From NCBI GenBank assembly GCA_041497895.1, contig JBGQHJ010000038.1, positions 1 through 33,170 on the forward strand: 33,170 bases of DNA. Reading direction: 5' to 3'. This document shows, piece after piece, positions 9,217-17,615 of the stretch (position 1 is the first letter of the stretch; each line of letters starts with the position of its first letter). The notes below the pieces were generated by a model, which had not been told where the DNA came from, did not search any database, and saw only the letters and a list, made by a program, of their open reading frames with translations. The stretch comes from Candidatus Methylomirabilia bacterium. GTDB taxonomy: Bacteria > Methylomirabilota > Methylomirabilia > Rokubacteriales > CSP1-6. The position numbers were made by a program, and so were the translations under genes.

Positions 9217-9230
9217 GAAATCAGCTACTT
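9217..9230 (-). promoter_or_regulatory. IHF-like box AAGTAGCTGATTTC
   Basis: Plus strand AATCAGCTACTTG matches WATCAANNNNTTR with one mismatch; same 24-nt gap to TGGCAC as the box at 2337-2350. Confidence 0.6.
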
Positions 9231-9316
9231 GAGTAGAATTGGCAATCTTTCCGAGTGGCTTCGGCTCGACAGGCTTCTACAGTTGACACTCGGACCCCAC
9301 CGGACCTGGGCCGACT

Positions 9317-9709
9317 TCAGCGCTCGGAGCGGACCTCGGCGAAGACGTCGCGGGCGCAGATCATGGCTTCCCGGATGATGGGAACCCCGACGTAACCCGA
9401 CATGTGGATCAGCACCTCGATCAGCTCCTGCTCGGTCCAGCCCTGCCCGAGCGCCATGCGCAGGTGGATCCGCAGCTCGGGCTCCCGGCCGGTCGCCGCG
9501 TCGGACACCACGCACACCAGGGTGCGGGTCTTGAGGTCCAGGCCGGGGCGGGACCAGAGCGCGCCGAACACGTTCTCGGTGGCCACGTCGATGAAGGTGC
9601 GCATGACCGGGTCCTGGTAGGTCGTGGCGTTCACCCGCTCCACGTACTTGTCGCCCAGCAGCCGGCGCCGGATCTCGTTGCCCTTGCGGTGGAGCTCGCT
9701 CTCCGCCAT
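9317..9709 (-). CDS. Carboxymuconolactone decarboxylase (CMD/AhpD-like) family protein
   Basis: FGALWSRPGLDLKTRTL, ELRIHLRMAL, YVGVP; SD AGGAGG. Confidence 0.88.
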   Translation of the reverse strand: MAESELHRKGNEIRRRLLGDKYVERVNATTYQDPVMRTFIDVATENVFGALWSRPGLDLKTRTLVCVVSDAATGREPELRIHLRMALGQGWTEQELIEVLIHMSGYVGVPIIREAMICARDVFAEVRSER

Positions 9710-9748
9710 TGGAAGCCTCCTGGTGTGCGGTGCGGACGGCCCGGAGCG

Positions 9749-10078
9749 CTAGGCCCGGGTCCGGGGACCGAAGAACCCGCCCTTGGGACGGCCGTGGGCG
9801 TGGTAGTGGTCGGGGATGTTGCGCATGTTGTCGTCGATGTAGCACTCGCCGCCGAGGACGCGGGCGGCGATCTCGCGCAGCAGCGTGTGCATGTGGGTCA
9901 CGTGCTCGGCGGGCGGCCCGGTGCCGTGATAGCGCCACACCACCATGGGCACGTCGCAGACGTCACACTCGGCGATCCAGCAGATGTCGTCCTCGTGGTG
10001 CCAGGGCGTGATCCGGGCCGCCCGGCACAGGTCGCATCCGCTGACGCGAGTGAAGGGAGCGGCGCCTCCTAGCCCCAC
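9749..10078 (-). CDS. Small HIT-like, Cys-rich (probably Zn-binding) hypothetical protein; start uncertain
   Basis: CDLC, CDVC and C-terminal IPDHYHAH (HxHxH); coding-like codon usage from about 10040 downward; nearest in-frame start is GTG 10078. Confidence 0.7.
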   Translation of the reverse strand: MGLGGAAPFTRVSGCDLCRAARITPWHHEDDICWIAECDVCDVPMVVWRYHGTGPPAEHVTHMHTLLREIAARVLGGECYIDDNMRNIPDHYHAHGRPKGGFFGPRTRA

Positions 10079-10497
10079 AGGGCGCGCATGACGTGGACCG
10101 CCACGCGACGGTTGTAGTCGCGGACGAGGCGGCGGATGCGGAACAGGTCGAGCACCCACCACGCGGCGAGCCCGCCCAGCGTGAGCCAGAACAGCACCTG
10201 CAGGCCCCGCTTGCGCAGGTAGAGGTAGTGCCAGCCGAGGGGCAGGAAGAGCAGGGCGACCACCGGCGACTTCGCCTGCGCGCGATAGCGCCAGAGGAAC
10301 GCGCGCTGCTGATCGGGCGTGAGATACGCAAGCTGCTCGCGCACCGTGCGGGAGAGTGACGACGCGACCGACGGAGGAATGGTGAGGCTGCGATCACCGC
10401 GCGCCTCGGGCCCACGCCGGGCCGCCGCGCGCTCGGGCGGCGGGGCGGACGGCTTGCGGAATACCGACGATTCTCGCTCCGGCTGTGTCCGGCTCAT
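10069..10497 (-). CDS. TM2-domain membrane protein
   Basis: KSPVVALLFLPLGWHYLYL...LFWLTLGGLAAWWVLDLFRI is the TM2 pattern; SD GGGAG before ATG 10497. Confidence 0.82.
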   Translation of the reverse strand: MSRTQPERESSVFRKPSAPPPERAAARRGPEARGDRSLTIPPSVASSLSRTVREQLAYLTPDQQRAFLWRYRAQAKSPVVALLFLPLGWHYLYLRKRGLQVLFWLTLGGLAAWWVLDLFRIRRLVRDYNRRVAVHVMRALWG

Positions 10498-10524
10498 GCC
10501 GACTCTCCCATTGGGTCGCGAGGG

Positions 10525-10540
10525 AGCAAGAACGGCGCCA
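10525..10540 (-). promoter_or_regulatory. sigma54 (-24/-12) promoter of TM2 / HIT-like / CMD genes
   Basis: Minus strand TGGCGC-CGTTC-TTGCT, close to consensus TGGCAC-N5-TTGCW, 27 nt upstream of ATG 10497. Confidence 0.7.
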
Positions 10541-10650
10541 GCCGAGCGGGTCAGGCGGGGCTTGAACTTAGCCGCGGGGCGTTGATCGGCGCTTCTCACG
10601 TGTCACTCCGGTCGTCCACGGGAGGACGGTTGCAAGGAGTTGCAGAGGTG

Positions 10651-11493
10651 TCAATTCCTGACATCCGGCCATACCACCATGCCGGTTCCCGAGCGCCAGG
10701 CGATCGCGGGCATGTACGCGAGCACCTCGGCCGGACCGGTCGTGAACGCGAGCGCCACGATCCACGCGAGCAGCTCCGCGGTTCCCCCGGAACCGGCGGC
10801 CTCCATTCGCTCGAGCGTGCACTCGCGCACCAGCGTCTCGTGATCGCCCTTGCGGAGCAGATCCAGGAACCAGCGGTCGAACTCCTCGTCCACCCAGAAG
10901 TAGCGCGGGCCGCCCGGCTCGTGGGAGAGCCCGCCGGTCGCGAGCACCGCCACGCGCAGGGGGCCGGGGTACGCGTGCACCATCTCGCGCAGCGCGGTAC
11001 CCACCTCGTAGGCCCGCTCGGGCGTGGGGATCGGCGGCACGGTGCAGTTCATCGTCACCGGCACCAGCGCGATGTCGCCCTCCGGGTTCAGGTAGTGCAT
11101 CGGCACCGAGACCCCGTCGTCGAACTGCATGTCGCGGAGGTACGCGAAGGCGAACCGTCGCCGCGCGCCCTCGTTGACGAGGTAGCGGGCGAGGGCGGAG
11201 TGTCCCGGGATGCGGTACTTCTCGAGCGCGAGCCACTCGTCGTACCAATCGGCCGGGCCCACGTGCTCGGCCCCGATCCCGACCGTGTACTCCGGCGTGT
11301 TGTTGATCGGCCAGTTGAGCAGGTGGTCGTTGCTCACGAGCACGATGACGTCGGGCCGCGCGGCCCGGAGCCGGTCGCGCATCTCGCCCAGCGCGCGGCG
11401 GGCCTGCCGGCGCTGGTCCTCCGGGGCGCGATCGAACCATCCGGTGAGCCCCGGCGAGTGGGTCATCGCCATCGCGGCCACCACCTGCGCCAT
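10651..11493 (-). CDS. Extradiol ring-cleavage dioxygenase, LigB-family catalytic (beta) subunit
   Basis: N-terminal THSP (His), NDH, GGLSH, GTAE motifs of the LigB/MhpB/CarBb fold. Confidence 0.9.
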   Translation of the reverse strand: MAQVVAAMAMTHSPGLTGWFDRAPEDQRRQARRALGEMRDRLRAARPDVIVLVSNDHLLNWPINNTPEYTVGIGAEHVGPADWYDEWLALEKYRIPGHSALARYLVNEGARRRFAFAYLRDMQFDDGVSVPMHYLNPEGDIALVPVTMNCTVPPIPTPERAYEVGTALREMVHAYPGPLRVAVLATGGLSHEPGGPRYFWVDEEFDRWFLDLLRKGDHETLVRECTLERMEAAGSGGTAELLAWIVALAFTTGPAEVLAYMPAIAWRSGTGMVVWPDVRN

Positions 11494-11496
11494 CGC

Positions 11497-11844
11497 TCAG
11501 CCCTGCCCCCGCGCGAGCCGCTCCTGCAGGCGGTCCGACGCGGCGGCCTCCTCGGGATACGCCCGGCGGTAGGCCTCGAGAGCGGGGTGCGCGTTGCTGT
11601 TGGCGGAGGCCCCGTAGAAGAGGCGCAGGATCTGGGGGATGTAGTACTGGTGCACCCCCATCTCGTTCAGCCGCCGCACGTCCTTGTCCTGCAGCGCCTC
11701 CAGCTCCTCTCGGCTCAGGCCGAACTGCCGCGCGAGCCCGGCGAGGTCCGAGAGCCAGCGCGCCCGGAGGGTGGCGTCACGGCGCACGTGGAAGATCATC
11801 TCGTTGAGCGGCAGGGTCTTGTCGCAGCGCTCCACGTTACCCAT
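11497..11844 (-). CDS. LigA-like small (alpha) subunit of extradiol dioxygenase
   Basis: 115 aa, directly upstream of the LigB-like gene; FGLSREELEAL..KDVRRLNEMGVHQY resembles LigA/CarBa. Confidence 0.75.
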   Translation of the reverse strand: MGNVERCDKTLPLNEMIFHVRRDATLRARWLSDLAGLARQFGLSREELEALQDKDVRRLNEMGVHQYYIPQILRLFYGASANSNAHPALEAYRRAYPEEAAASDRLQERLARGQG

Positions 11845-12205
11845 TACGCAGCACCTTCGGGTTCACCTTGAGGAACATGATCACGCAGCGCTCGGGCCCC
11901 GGGTTGCGCACGTCGTGGAGCACGCTTTGGGGAAACTTCACGATCGAGCCCGCCGGCACCACGATCTCCTGCCCGTCGATGGACATGTGGGCGGAGCCCT
12001 CCAGCACGAAGATCGCCTCCTCCTCGCGCGGGTGCTGGTGCATCACCGTCGACTGGCCGGGCTCGTAGCAGGCGATCTCCGACCAGAGCTGGTCGGTCTT
12101 GAAGAGCATCTTGCGCACCCGCCGGTCGGGGGCGAACGCCTTCAGCGCGTGCAGATCGAAGACCTGCGCCACACCGGTGACGCGCGCGGTCGCCGTCTCG
12201 TCCAT
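11837..12205 (-). CDS. Cupin-2 domain protein
   Basis: HQHPREEEAIFVLEG ... PQSVLHDVRN cupin metal motifs; stop overlaps the LigA-like start by 8 nt. Confidence 0.88.
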   Translation of the reverse strand: MDETATARVTGVAQVFDLHALKAFAPDRRVRKMLFKTDQLWSEIACYEPGQSTVMHQHPREEEAIFVLEGSAHMSIDGQEIVVPAGSIVKFPQSVLHDVRNPGPERCVIMFLKVNPKVLRNG

Positions 12206-12214
12206 TGGCCCCGC

Positions 12215-12220
12215 ATCATA
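12215..12220 (-). promoter_or_regulatory. -10 element TATGAT of cupin-ligAB operon (near-leaderless)
   Basis: TATGAT 9 nt before ATG 12205; no SD present. Confidence 0.4.
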
Positions 12221-12284
12221 GCGCCCTCGCGGCGCGTCCGCCAGCGGCCACTCGCGCGGTCCGCGCTCGACGCGGAGTTCCCCG

Positions 12285-12313
12285 TTGACATCCCCGGACC
12301 CCTTCAGTAGAAA
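12285..12313 (+). promoter_or_regulatory. sigma70-type promoter of mmgE/prpD-ABC operon
   Basis: Perfect TTGACA, 17-nt spacer, imperfect -10 TAGAAA, 12 nt before GTG 12326. Confidence 0.5.
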
Positions 12314-12325
12314 GAGCCGACGGCC

Positions 12326-13723
12326 GTGCCACAACCCCCCGCCGCTTCCCCATCGGTTGCTCGTCGCTTCGCGCGATTCGTCTCGGACCTGAGCCTCGAC
12401 CACGTGCCGACCGCGGTGGCGACGCGGGCGTCCCTGCTCGCGCTCGACACGCTCGGAAGCTGCCTCGCGTCGTCCCGGGAGGACTTCGGCCGAGCGGTCA
12501 CGCGCGCGGCCAAGCAGCTGGGCGGCGCGCCGGAGAGTACCCTGGTCGGGAGCAAGGCGCGGGTCGGTGCCCCCGCCGCGGTGCTCGCCAACGGCACGCT
12601 CGCCCACGGGCTCGACTTCGACGACACCCGCGAGGACGCCATCGTCCACACCGGCTGCGTCGCGGTACCCACCGCGCTGGCGGTGGGCGAGGCGCTGGGA
12701 GCCTCGGGCCGCGCGGTGCTCGAAGCGATGATCACCGGCGTGGAGGTGATGTGCCGGATCGGCCTCGCAGTGCCCGGCCGCTTCCACGCCCGGCACTACC
12801 ACCCGACCGCGCTGACCGGGAGCTTCGCGGCCGCCGCGGTGGCCGGGCGCCTCCACGGCCTCACCGAGGACCAGCAGGTCCACGCCTTCGGCCTCTGCGG
12901 CAGCCAGGCCGCCGGGATCATCGAGTACCTGGCCGACGGCTCCTGGACCAAGCGCCTGCACCCCGGCTGGGCCGCCCACGCCGGGGTGACCGCGGCGGTG
13001 CTGGCGCGCGCGGGATTCACCGGACCGGAGACCGTCTTCGAGGGTGCCCACGGCTTCTACGCGGCCTTCGCGGGCGGCCACGAGCCCGCGCGCCTGGAGG
13101 CCCTGCTCGCGACGCTCGGGCGGACCTGGGAGCTCTCCGCGCTCACGTTCAAGCCCTACCCGTGCGGGTCGATCGCGCATCCATACATGGACTGCGCGCT
13201 ACGCCTCCGCGAGCGCCACCGGCTGTGCCCGGAGCAGATCGCGGAGGTGCGCTGCCGCACCGCGGAGGGGCCGCTCCCCCGCCTGTGGGAGCCGCTCGCG
13301 GCCAAGCAGCGCCCCCAGAACGGCTACGCGGCCAAGTTCAGCCTCCCGTACCTGCTCGCGTCGATCCTGGTCAACGGACGCGTCACCCTGGCCGACTTCA
13401 CCGACGAGGCGGCCCGGAGCGAGGCGGTCGGGCGCGTGGCCGCCCGGGTGTTCTACGACGTCGATCGGACCATCGACTACCCCCGCCACTTCATCGGCCA
13501 CGTCGCGGTCCGGCTCATCGACGGCACGCAGCTCGAGGAGCGGCAGGACCACCCGCGGGGCGGACCCGACTTCCCGATGACGCGCGAGGAGCTCACCGCC
13601 AAGTTCCGCGGCAACGCGGTCCTGGCCATCCCGGAGGCTCAGGCCGCGCGCGTGGTGGAGCTGGTCGACGCCCTCGCGGGATCGCCGCGCCTCGGTCCGC
13701 TGATGGACGCGCTCACCGCCTAG
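12326..13723 (+). CDS. MmgE/PrpD family protein
   Basis: ANGTLAHGLDFDDT, HTG, KRLHPGWAA, FKPYPCGSIAH, AAKFSLPY. Confidence 0.92.
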   Translation: MPQPPAASPSVARRFARFVSDLSLDHVPTAVATRASLLALDTLGSCLASSREDFGRAVTRAAKQLGGAPESTLVGSKARVGAPAAVLANGTLAHGLDFDDTREDAIVHTGCVAVPTALAVGEALGASGRAVLEAMITGVEVMCRIGLAVPGRFHARHYHPTALTGSFAAAAVAGRLHGLTEDQQVHAFGLCGSQAAGIIEYLADGSWTKRLHPGWAAHAGVTAAVLARAGFTGPETVFEGAHGFYAAFAGGHEPARLEALLATLGRTWELSALTFKPYPCGSIAHPYMDCALRLRERHRLCPEQIAEVRCRTAEGPLPRLWEPLAAKQRPQNGYAAKFSLPYLLASILVNGRVTLADFTDEAARSEAVGRVAARVFYDVDRTIDYPRHFIGHVAVRLIDGTQLEERQDHPRGGPDFPMTREELTAKFRGNAVLAIPEAQAARVVELVDALAGSPRLGPLMDALTA

Positions 13724-13746
13724 GCGCACCACCAAGAGGAGCCCCG

Positions 13747-14781
13747 ATGATTCACCACCGACGCTCGATCGCCCTGCTGGCCGTCGTTCTGACCCTCTGC
13801 CTGGCCGGATGGGCCGCCGAGGCGCGCGCGCAGGATCCGCGGCTCGAGGCCGCGCGCAAGGAGGGCAAGGTCGTCTGGTACACCTCCCTCGCGCTGACGA
13901 GCTCGGAGAAGGTCGCCAAGCTCTTCGAGGCCGCCTATCCGGGCGTGAAGGTCGAGGTCCAGCGCACCGGGTCGCAGCGGATCCTGCAGCGGATGATGCA
14001 GGAGCTGCAGGCGAACATCCATAACGTCGACGTGGTCCACACCTCCGACGCCGGCCACTACGTGCTTTTGAAGGAGAAGAAGCTCCTGGTGCGCTACACC
14101 CCCGCCGGGGTGGACGCGTTCGCGGCGGGCTTCAAGGACAAGGACGGCTATCACTACGGCCTGCGCGCGACCGTCAACGTCATCGCCTACAACACCAAGG
14201 CGATCCCGGCCGCCGAGGCCCCGCGCACGTGGAAGGACCTGCTCGATCCGAAGTGGCGCGGGCGCCTGGTCACCGCGCATCCCGGCTACAGCGGCGTCAT
14301 CGCCACCCACGTGCTCGCGCTCGTGCACCTGCATGGCTGGGACTACTTCAAGGCGCTCGCCCAGAACAAGCCCATGCTGGTCCAGTCCGCGGTCGATCCG
14401 TCCGGAGTGGTGGCCTCGGGGGAGCGGCCGGTGGCCGCCGACGGCGGCGACTACACGTTCTACCAGGTCAAGAAGAAGGGCAATCCGGTCGAGATCGTCT
14501 ACCCGAAGGAAGGCGTGCCGCTCGTGGTCTCCCCCAGCGCGATCACGAGCTTCGCGCCCCACCCCAACGCGGCCCGGCTCTTCACCGACTTCATCTTCTC
14601 CCGTGAGATCCAGCAGGTGCTGGCCGACACCGAGGGGCTCTACAGCGGCCATCCGGCGGTGACCTACCCGGCTGACAAGCCGCGGATGTCCGACCTCAAG
14701 CTCCTCCCGGTCGACGCCGAGGAGCTCGAGAAGCGGAACGAGGAGATCAAGACGCGCTTCGTCGAGTTCTTCGGGGCCTAG
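13747..14781 (+). CDS. ABC transporter substrate-binding protein (Fe3+/AfuA/PotD-like class)
   Basis: Signal peptide ending AEARA; AARKEGKVVWYTS, PRTWKDLLDPKWRG, APHPNAARLF; SD AGAGGAG. Confidence 0.9.
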   Translation: MIHHRRSIALLAVVLTLCLAGWAAEARAQDPRLEAARKEGKVVWYTSLALTSSEKVAKLFEAAYPGVKVEVQRTGSQRILQRMMQELQANIHNVDVVHTSDAGHYVLLKEKKLLVRYTPAGVDAFAAGFKDKDGYHYGLRATVNVIAYNTKAIPAAEAPRTWKDLLDPKWRGRLVTAHPGYSGVIATHVLALVHLHGWDYFKALAQNKPMLVQSAVDPSGVVASGERPVAADGGDYTFYQVKKKGNPVEIVYPKEGVPLVVSPSAITSFAPHPNAARLFTDFIFSREIQQVLADTEGLYSGHPAVTYPADKPRMSDLKLLPVDAEELEKRNEEIKTRFVEFFGA

Positions 14782-14790
14782 CCCCGCCAT

Positions 14791-16509
14791 ATGCCCGAGG
14801 CGGTGGCGGCCGCGCGCCCGCGGCGCTGGGAGGGCCTGGACCGCGCGGTGCCGATCTGGCTGCTCGCGGCGGCGGCCCTGCTCCTGCTGATCCTGCTGCC
14901 GCTGGGCTGGCTCGCCTACATGAGCGTGCGCAGCGACGCGGGCTTCACCCTCGCCCACTATGCCCGCGTGCTCGGGGACCCGACGCTGCAGAAGGCGCTG
15001 TGGAACACGGTGGTGCTGGCGCTGTGGTCCGGGCTGGTCGCCCTCGTGATCGGCGCGCCGCTCGCGTGGCTCACCGCCCGCACCGACCTGCCGTGGCGAC
15101 GGAGCATCCAGCATCTCGTGATGGCCTCGTTCGTGACCCCGCCCTTCCTCGGCGCCTTCGCGTGGGTCATGCTCGCCGGTCCCAACGCGGGCTACATCAA
15201 CCGGCTCTATCGCGACTGGACCGGCGCGGCCGACCCGCTGATCAACATCTTCAGCATGCCGGGGCTGATCTTCGTGGTGGCGATCTACACGTTCCCGTAC
15301 GTCTACATCATGATCGCCAACACCCTCGGCCTCATCGCCTCCGACCTCGAGGACGCCGCCTCCATCCTGGGCGCCGGCCGCCTCCAGGTCGCGCGGACCA
15401 TCACGCTGCCGATGGTGCTGCCCGCCATCCTGAGCGGCTTCATCCTGGCGGTGCTGCAGGCGCTGGCCCTCTTCGGCTCGCCCGCGATCCTGGCGCTGCC
15501 CGCCGGCTTCCACACCGTGACCACCCAGCTCTGGGCGTTCTTCCAGTACCCGCCGCGCGTCGAGATGGCCGCCGCGTTCTCCATGCCGCTCCTGCTCGCC
15601 ACCGCCCTGCTCCTGCTAATGCAGAAGAAGCTCCTGGGCCGGCGCGGCTACGCCGCGGTGGGGGGCAAGGGAGGGCAGCGACGGGTCATCCGGCTCGGGG
15701 GCTGGCGCTACCCCGCGCTCGGAGCGTGCCTCGTGGTGCTGGGCGCCGCGGTGTTCCTGCCCTACGGCATCCTGCTCAAGGCCGCCTTCTCCCGCGCGTG
15801 GGCCCAGCCGCTCACCACGGAGAACTTCACGCTCGACAACTGGTCGTTCACGTTCCTCTCCCTCACCACCCAGTCCGCGATCGTGAACACCATCGAGCTC
15901 GGCGTGCTCACCGCGTGCGTCGGGGCCGCGCTCGCCACCCTCCTCGCCTACGTGACCAACCGCCGGATCATCGTGGGCCACCAGGTGCTGGCCTTCCTCG
16001 CGGTGGCCCCGGTGGTCATCCCGGGCGTGGTGCTGGCGGTGGCCCTCTTCGTTGCCTACACCCGGCCGCCGTTCCTGCTCTACGGCACCCTCTGGATCCT
16101 CTTCCTCGCCTACCTGACCAAGGAGATGCCGGTCGGCTACTCGCAGTCGGACGCGACCCTCCGCGGCATCCACCCCGAGCTGGAGGAGGCCGGCCGGATC
16201 CTGGGGGCCGGGCGCTTCCGGGTGCTCGGCGAGATCACCGCGCCGCTCGCGCGGAGCGGCATCATCGCGACCTGGTGCTTCGTCTTCATCGGGGTGATCC
16301 GCGAGCTGTCCGCGTCCATCATCCTGTTCAGCCCGAACACCAAGGTCATCTCGGTGGTGATCTTCGACCTCAAGGAGGAAGGCCAGTTCGGGGCCATCGC
16401 GGTGCTGGGCGTCTTCATGCTCGTGATGACCTTCGTCATCGTGGTCGTCATGCAGACCCTCCTCGGCCGCGACGTGATGCGCGGCCGCCAGGCGGGCGGC
16501 GCGGCCTGA
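14791..16509 (+). CDS. ABC transporter permease, FbpB-type (two fused TMDs)
   Basis: Many TM helices; two EAA loops (DLEDAASILGA, ELEEAGRILGA). Confidence 0.92.
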   Translation: MPEAVAAARPRRWEGLDRAVPIWLLAAAALLLLILLPLGWLAYMSVRSDAGFTLAHYARVLGDPTLQKALWNTVVLALWSGLVALVIGAPLAWLTARTDLPWRRSIQHLVMASFVTPPFLGAFAWVMLAGPNAGYINRLYRDWTGAADPLINIFSMPGLIFVVAIYTFPYVYIMIANTLGLIASDLEDAASILGAGRLQVARTITLPMVLPAILSGFILAVLQALALFGSPAILALPAGFHTVTTQLWAFFQYPPRVEMAAAFSMPLLLATALLLLMQKKLLGRRGYAAVGGKGGQRRVIRLGGWRYPALGACLVVLGAAVFLPYGILLKAAFSRAWAQPLTTENFTLDNWSFTFLSLTTQSAIVNTIELGVLTACVGAALATLLAYVTNRRIIVGHQVLAFLAVAPVVIPGVVLAVALFVAYTRPPFLLYGTLWILFLAYLTKEMPVGYSQSDATLRGIHPELEEAGRILGAGRFRVLGEITAPLARSGIIATWCFVFIGVIRELSASIILFSPNTKVISVVIFDLKEEGQFGAIAVLGVFMLVMTFVIVVVMQTLLGRDVMRGRQAGGAA

Positions 16510-16513
16510 CCCG

Positions 16514-17593
16514 ATGCCCGGGATCACCATCACCGGCCTCACCAAGCGATTCGGCGAGGTCGGGGCGGTGGTCGGCCTCGACCTCGCGGTGCGGCCGGGC
16601 GAGCTGGTGGCCCTGCTCGGCCCCTCCGGCTGCGGCAAGACCACCACGCTCCGGCTGGTGGCGGGCTTCCTCGCGCCCGAGGCGGGCGAGATCCGGGTGG
16701 GCGACCGCGTGCTCTCCTCCCCCGCGCTGGTCGTCCCGCCCGAGCGGCGACGCATGGCGATGATCTTCCAGAGCTACGCGCTCTGGCCACACATGACGGT
16801 GGCCCAGAACGTGGCCTACGGCCTCCGCTTCGCGGGCGTCGGCCGCGCCGACCGCGACCGGCGCGTCGACGAGATGCTCCGTGCGGTGCAGCTCGGCGGC
16901 TACGGCGCGCGCTACCCGGGCGAGCTCTCCGGCGGCCAGCAGCAGCGGGTCGCGGTGGCGCGGGCCCTGGTGGTGGAGCCCGAGATCCTGCTGCTCGACG
17001 AGCCCCTCAGCAACCTCGACGCGAGCCTGCGCGAGGAGATGCGGTTCGAGATCCGCCGGCTCCACGAGCGCTTCGCGATCACCACCCTCTACGTCACCCA
17101 CGACCAGGCGGAGGCGATGGTGATCTCCGACCGGGTGGCGGTGCTGCGGGACGGGCGCGTCGTGCAGATCGGACCCCCGGAGGAGCTGTTCGAGCATCCC
17201 CGCACCCGCTTCGTGGCCGAGTTCGTGGGCAAGACCAACCTCATCGACGCGGTGGCCGACGGCGGCCGCTCGGTGGCCCGGGGGGACCTGCGCCTGCGGG
17301 TGGCCGCGGACGGCCTCGCCCCGCGCGCCCGGGTGGTGGTCTCGATCCGCCCCCACCAGATCGCGATCGGTCCGGCCATGGCCCCGCGCGCCGACGGCGA
17401 TGCCAACGTGCTGGCCGGCACCGTGCTGCGCGCGAGCTACCTGGGCGAGGCGGTGGACTACCAGGTCGCGCTCGACGGCAGCGACGTGGTCCTGCGGGTC
17501 ACCGGCCCCGCCCCCGCGCGCGTCCGGCCGGGCGAGCCGGTCACGGTGACGGTGCCCGCCACCGCCTGCGTGCTGCTGCCCGCCGCGGACTGA
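16514..17593 (+). CDS. ABC transporter ATP-binding protein (FbpC/PotA-like, TOBE tail)
   Basis: Walker A GPSGCGKT, signature LSGGQQQR, Walker B LLLDEP, H-loop YVTHDQ. Confidence 0.95.
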   Translation: MPGITITGLTKRFGEVGAVVGLDLAVRPGELVALLGPSGCGKTTTLRLVAGFLAPEAGEIRVGDRVLSSPALVVPPERRRMAMIFQSYALWPHMTVAQNVAYGLRFAGVGRADRDRRVDEMLRAVQLGGYGARYPGELSGGQQQRVAVARALVVEPEILLLDEPLSNLDASLREEMRFEIRRLHERFAITTLYVTHDQAEAMVISDRVAVLRDGRVVQIGPPEELFEHPRTRFVAEFVGKTNLIDAVADGGRSVARGDLRLRVAADGLAPRARVVVSIRPHQIAIGPAMAPRADGDANVLAGTVLRASYLGEAVDYQVALDGSDVVLRVTGPAPARVRPGEPVTVTVPATACVLLPAAD

Positions 17594-17615
17594 GCCGGCG
17601 GCCGGCGCCACGCCG

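Noticed and set aside
6357..9232. Long alternative-frame/antisense ORFs (6357..8534, 6983..9232; likewise 21272..23179, 25184..27598, 13720..15513)
   Set aside because: Expected in high-GC DNA where stops are rare; they carry no motifs and overlap well-supported genes.
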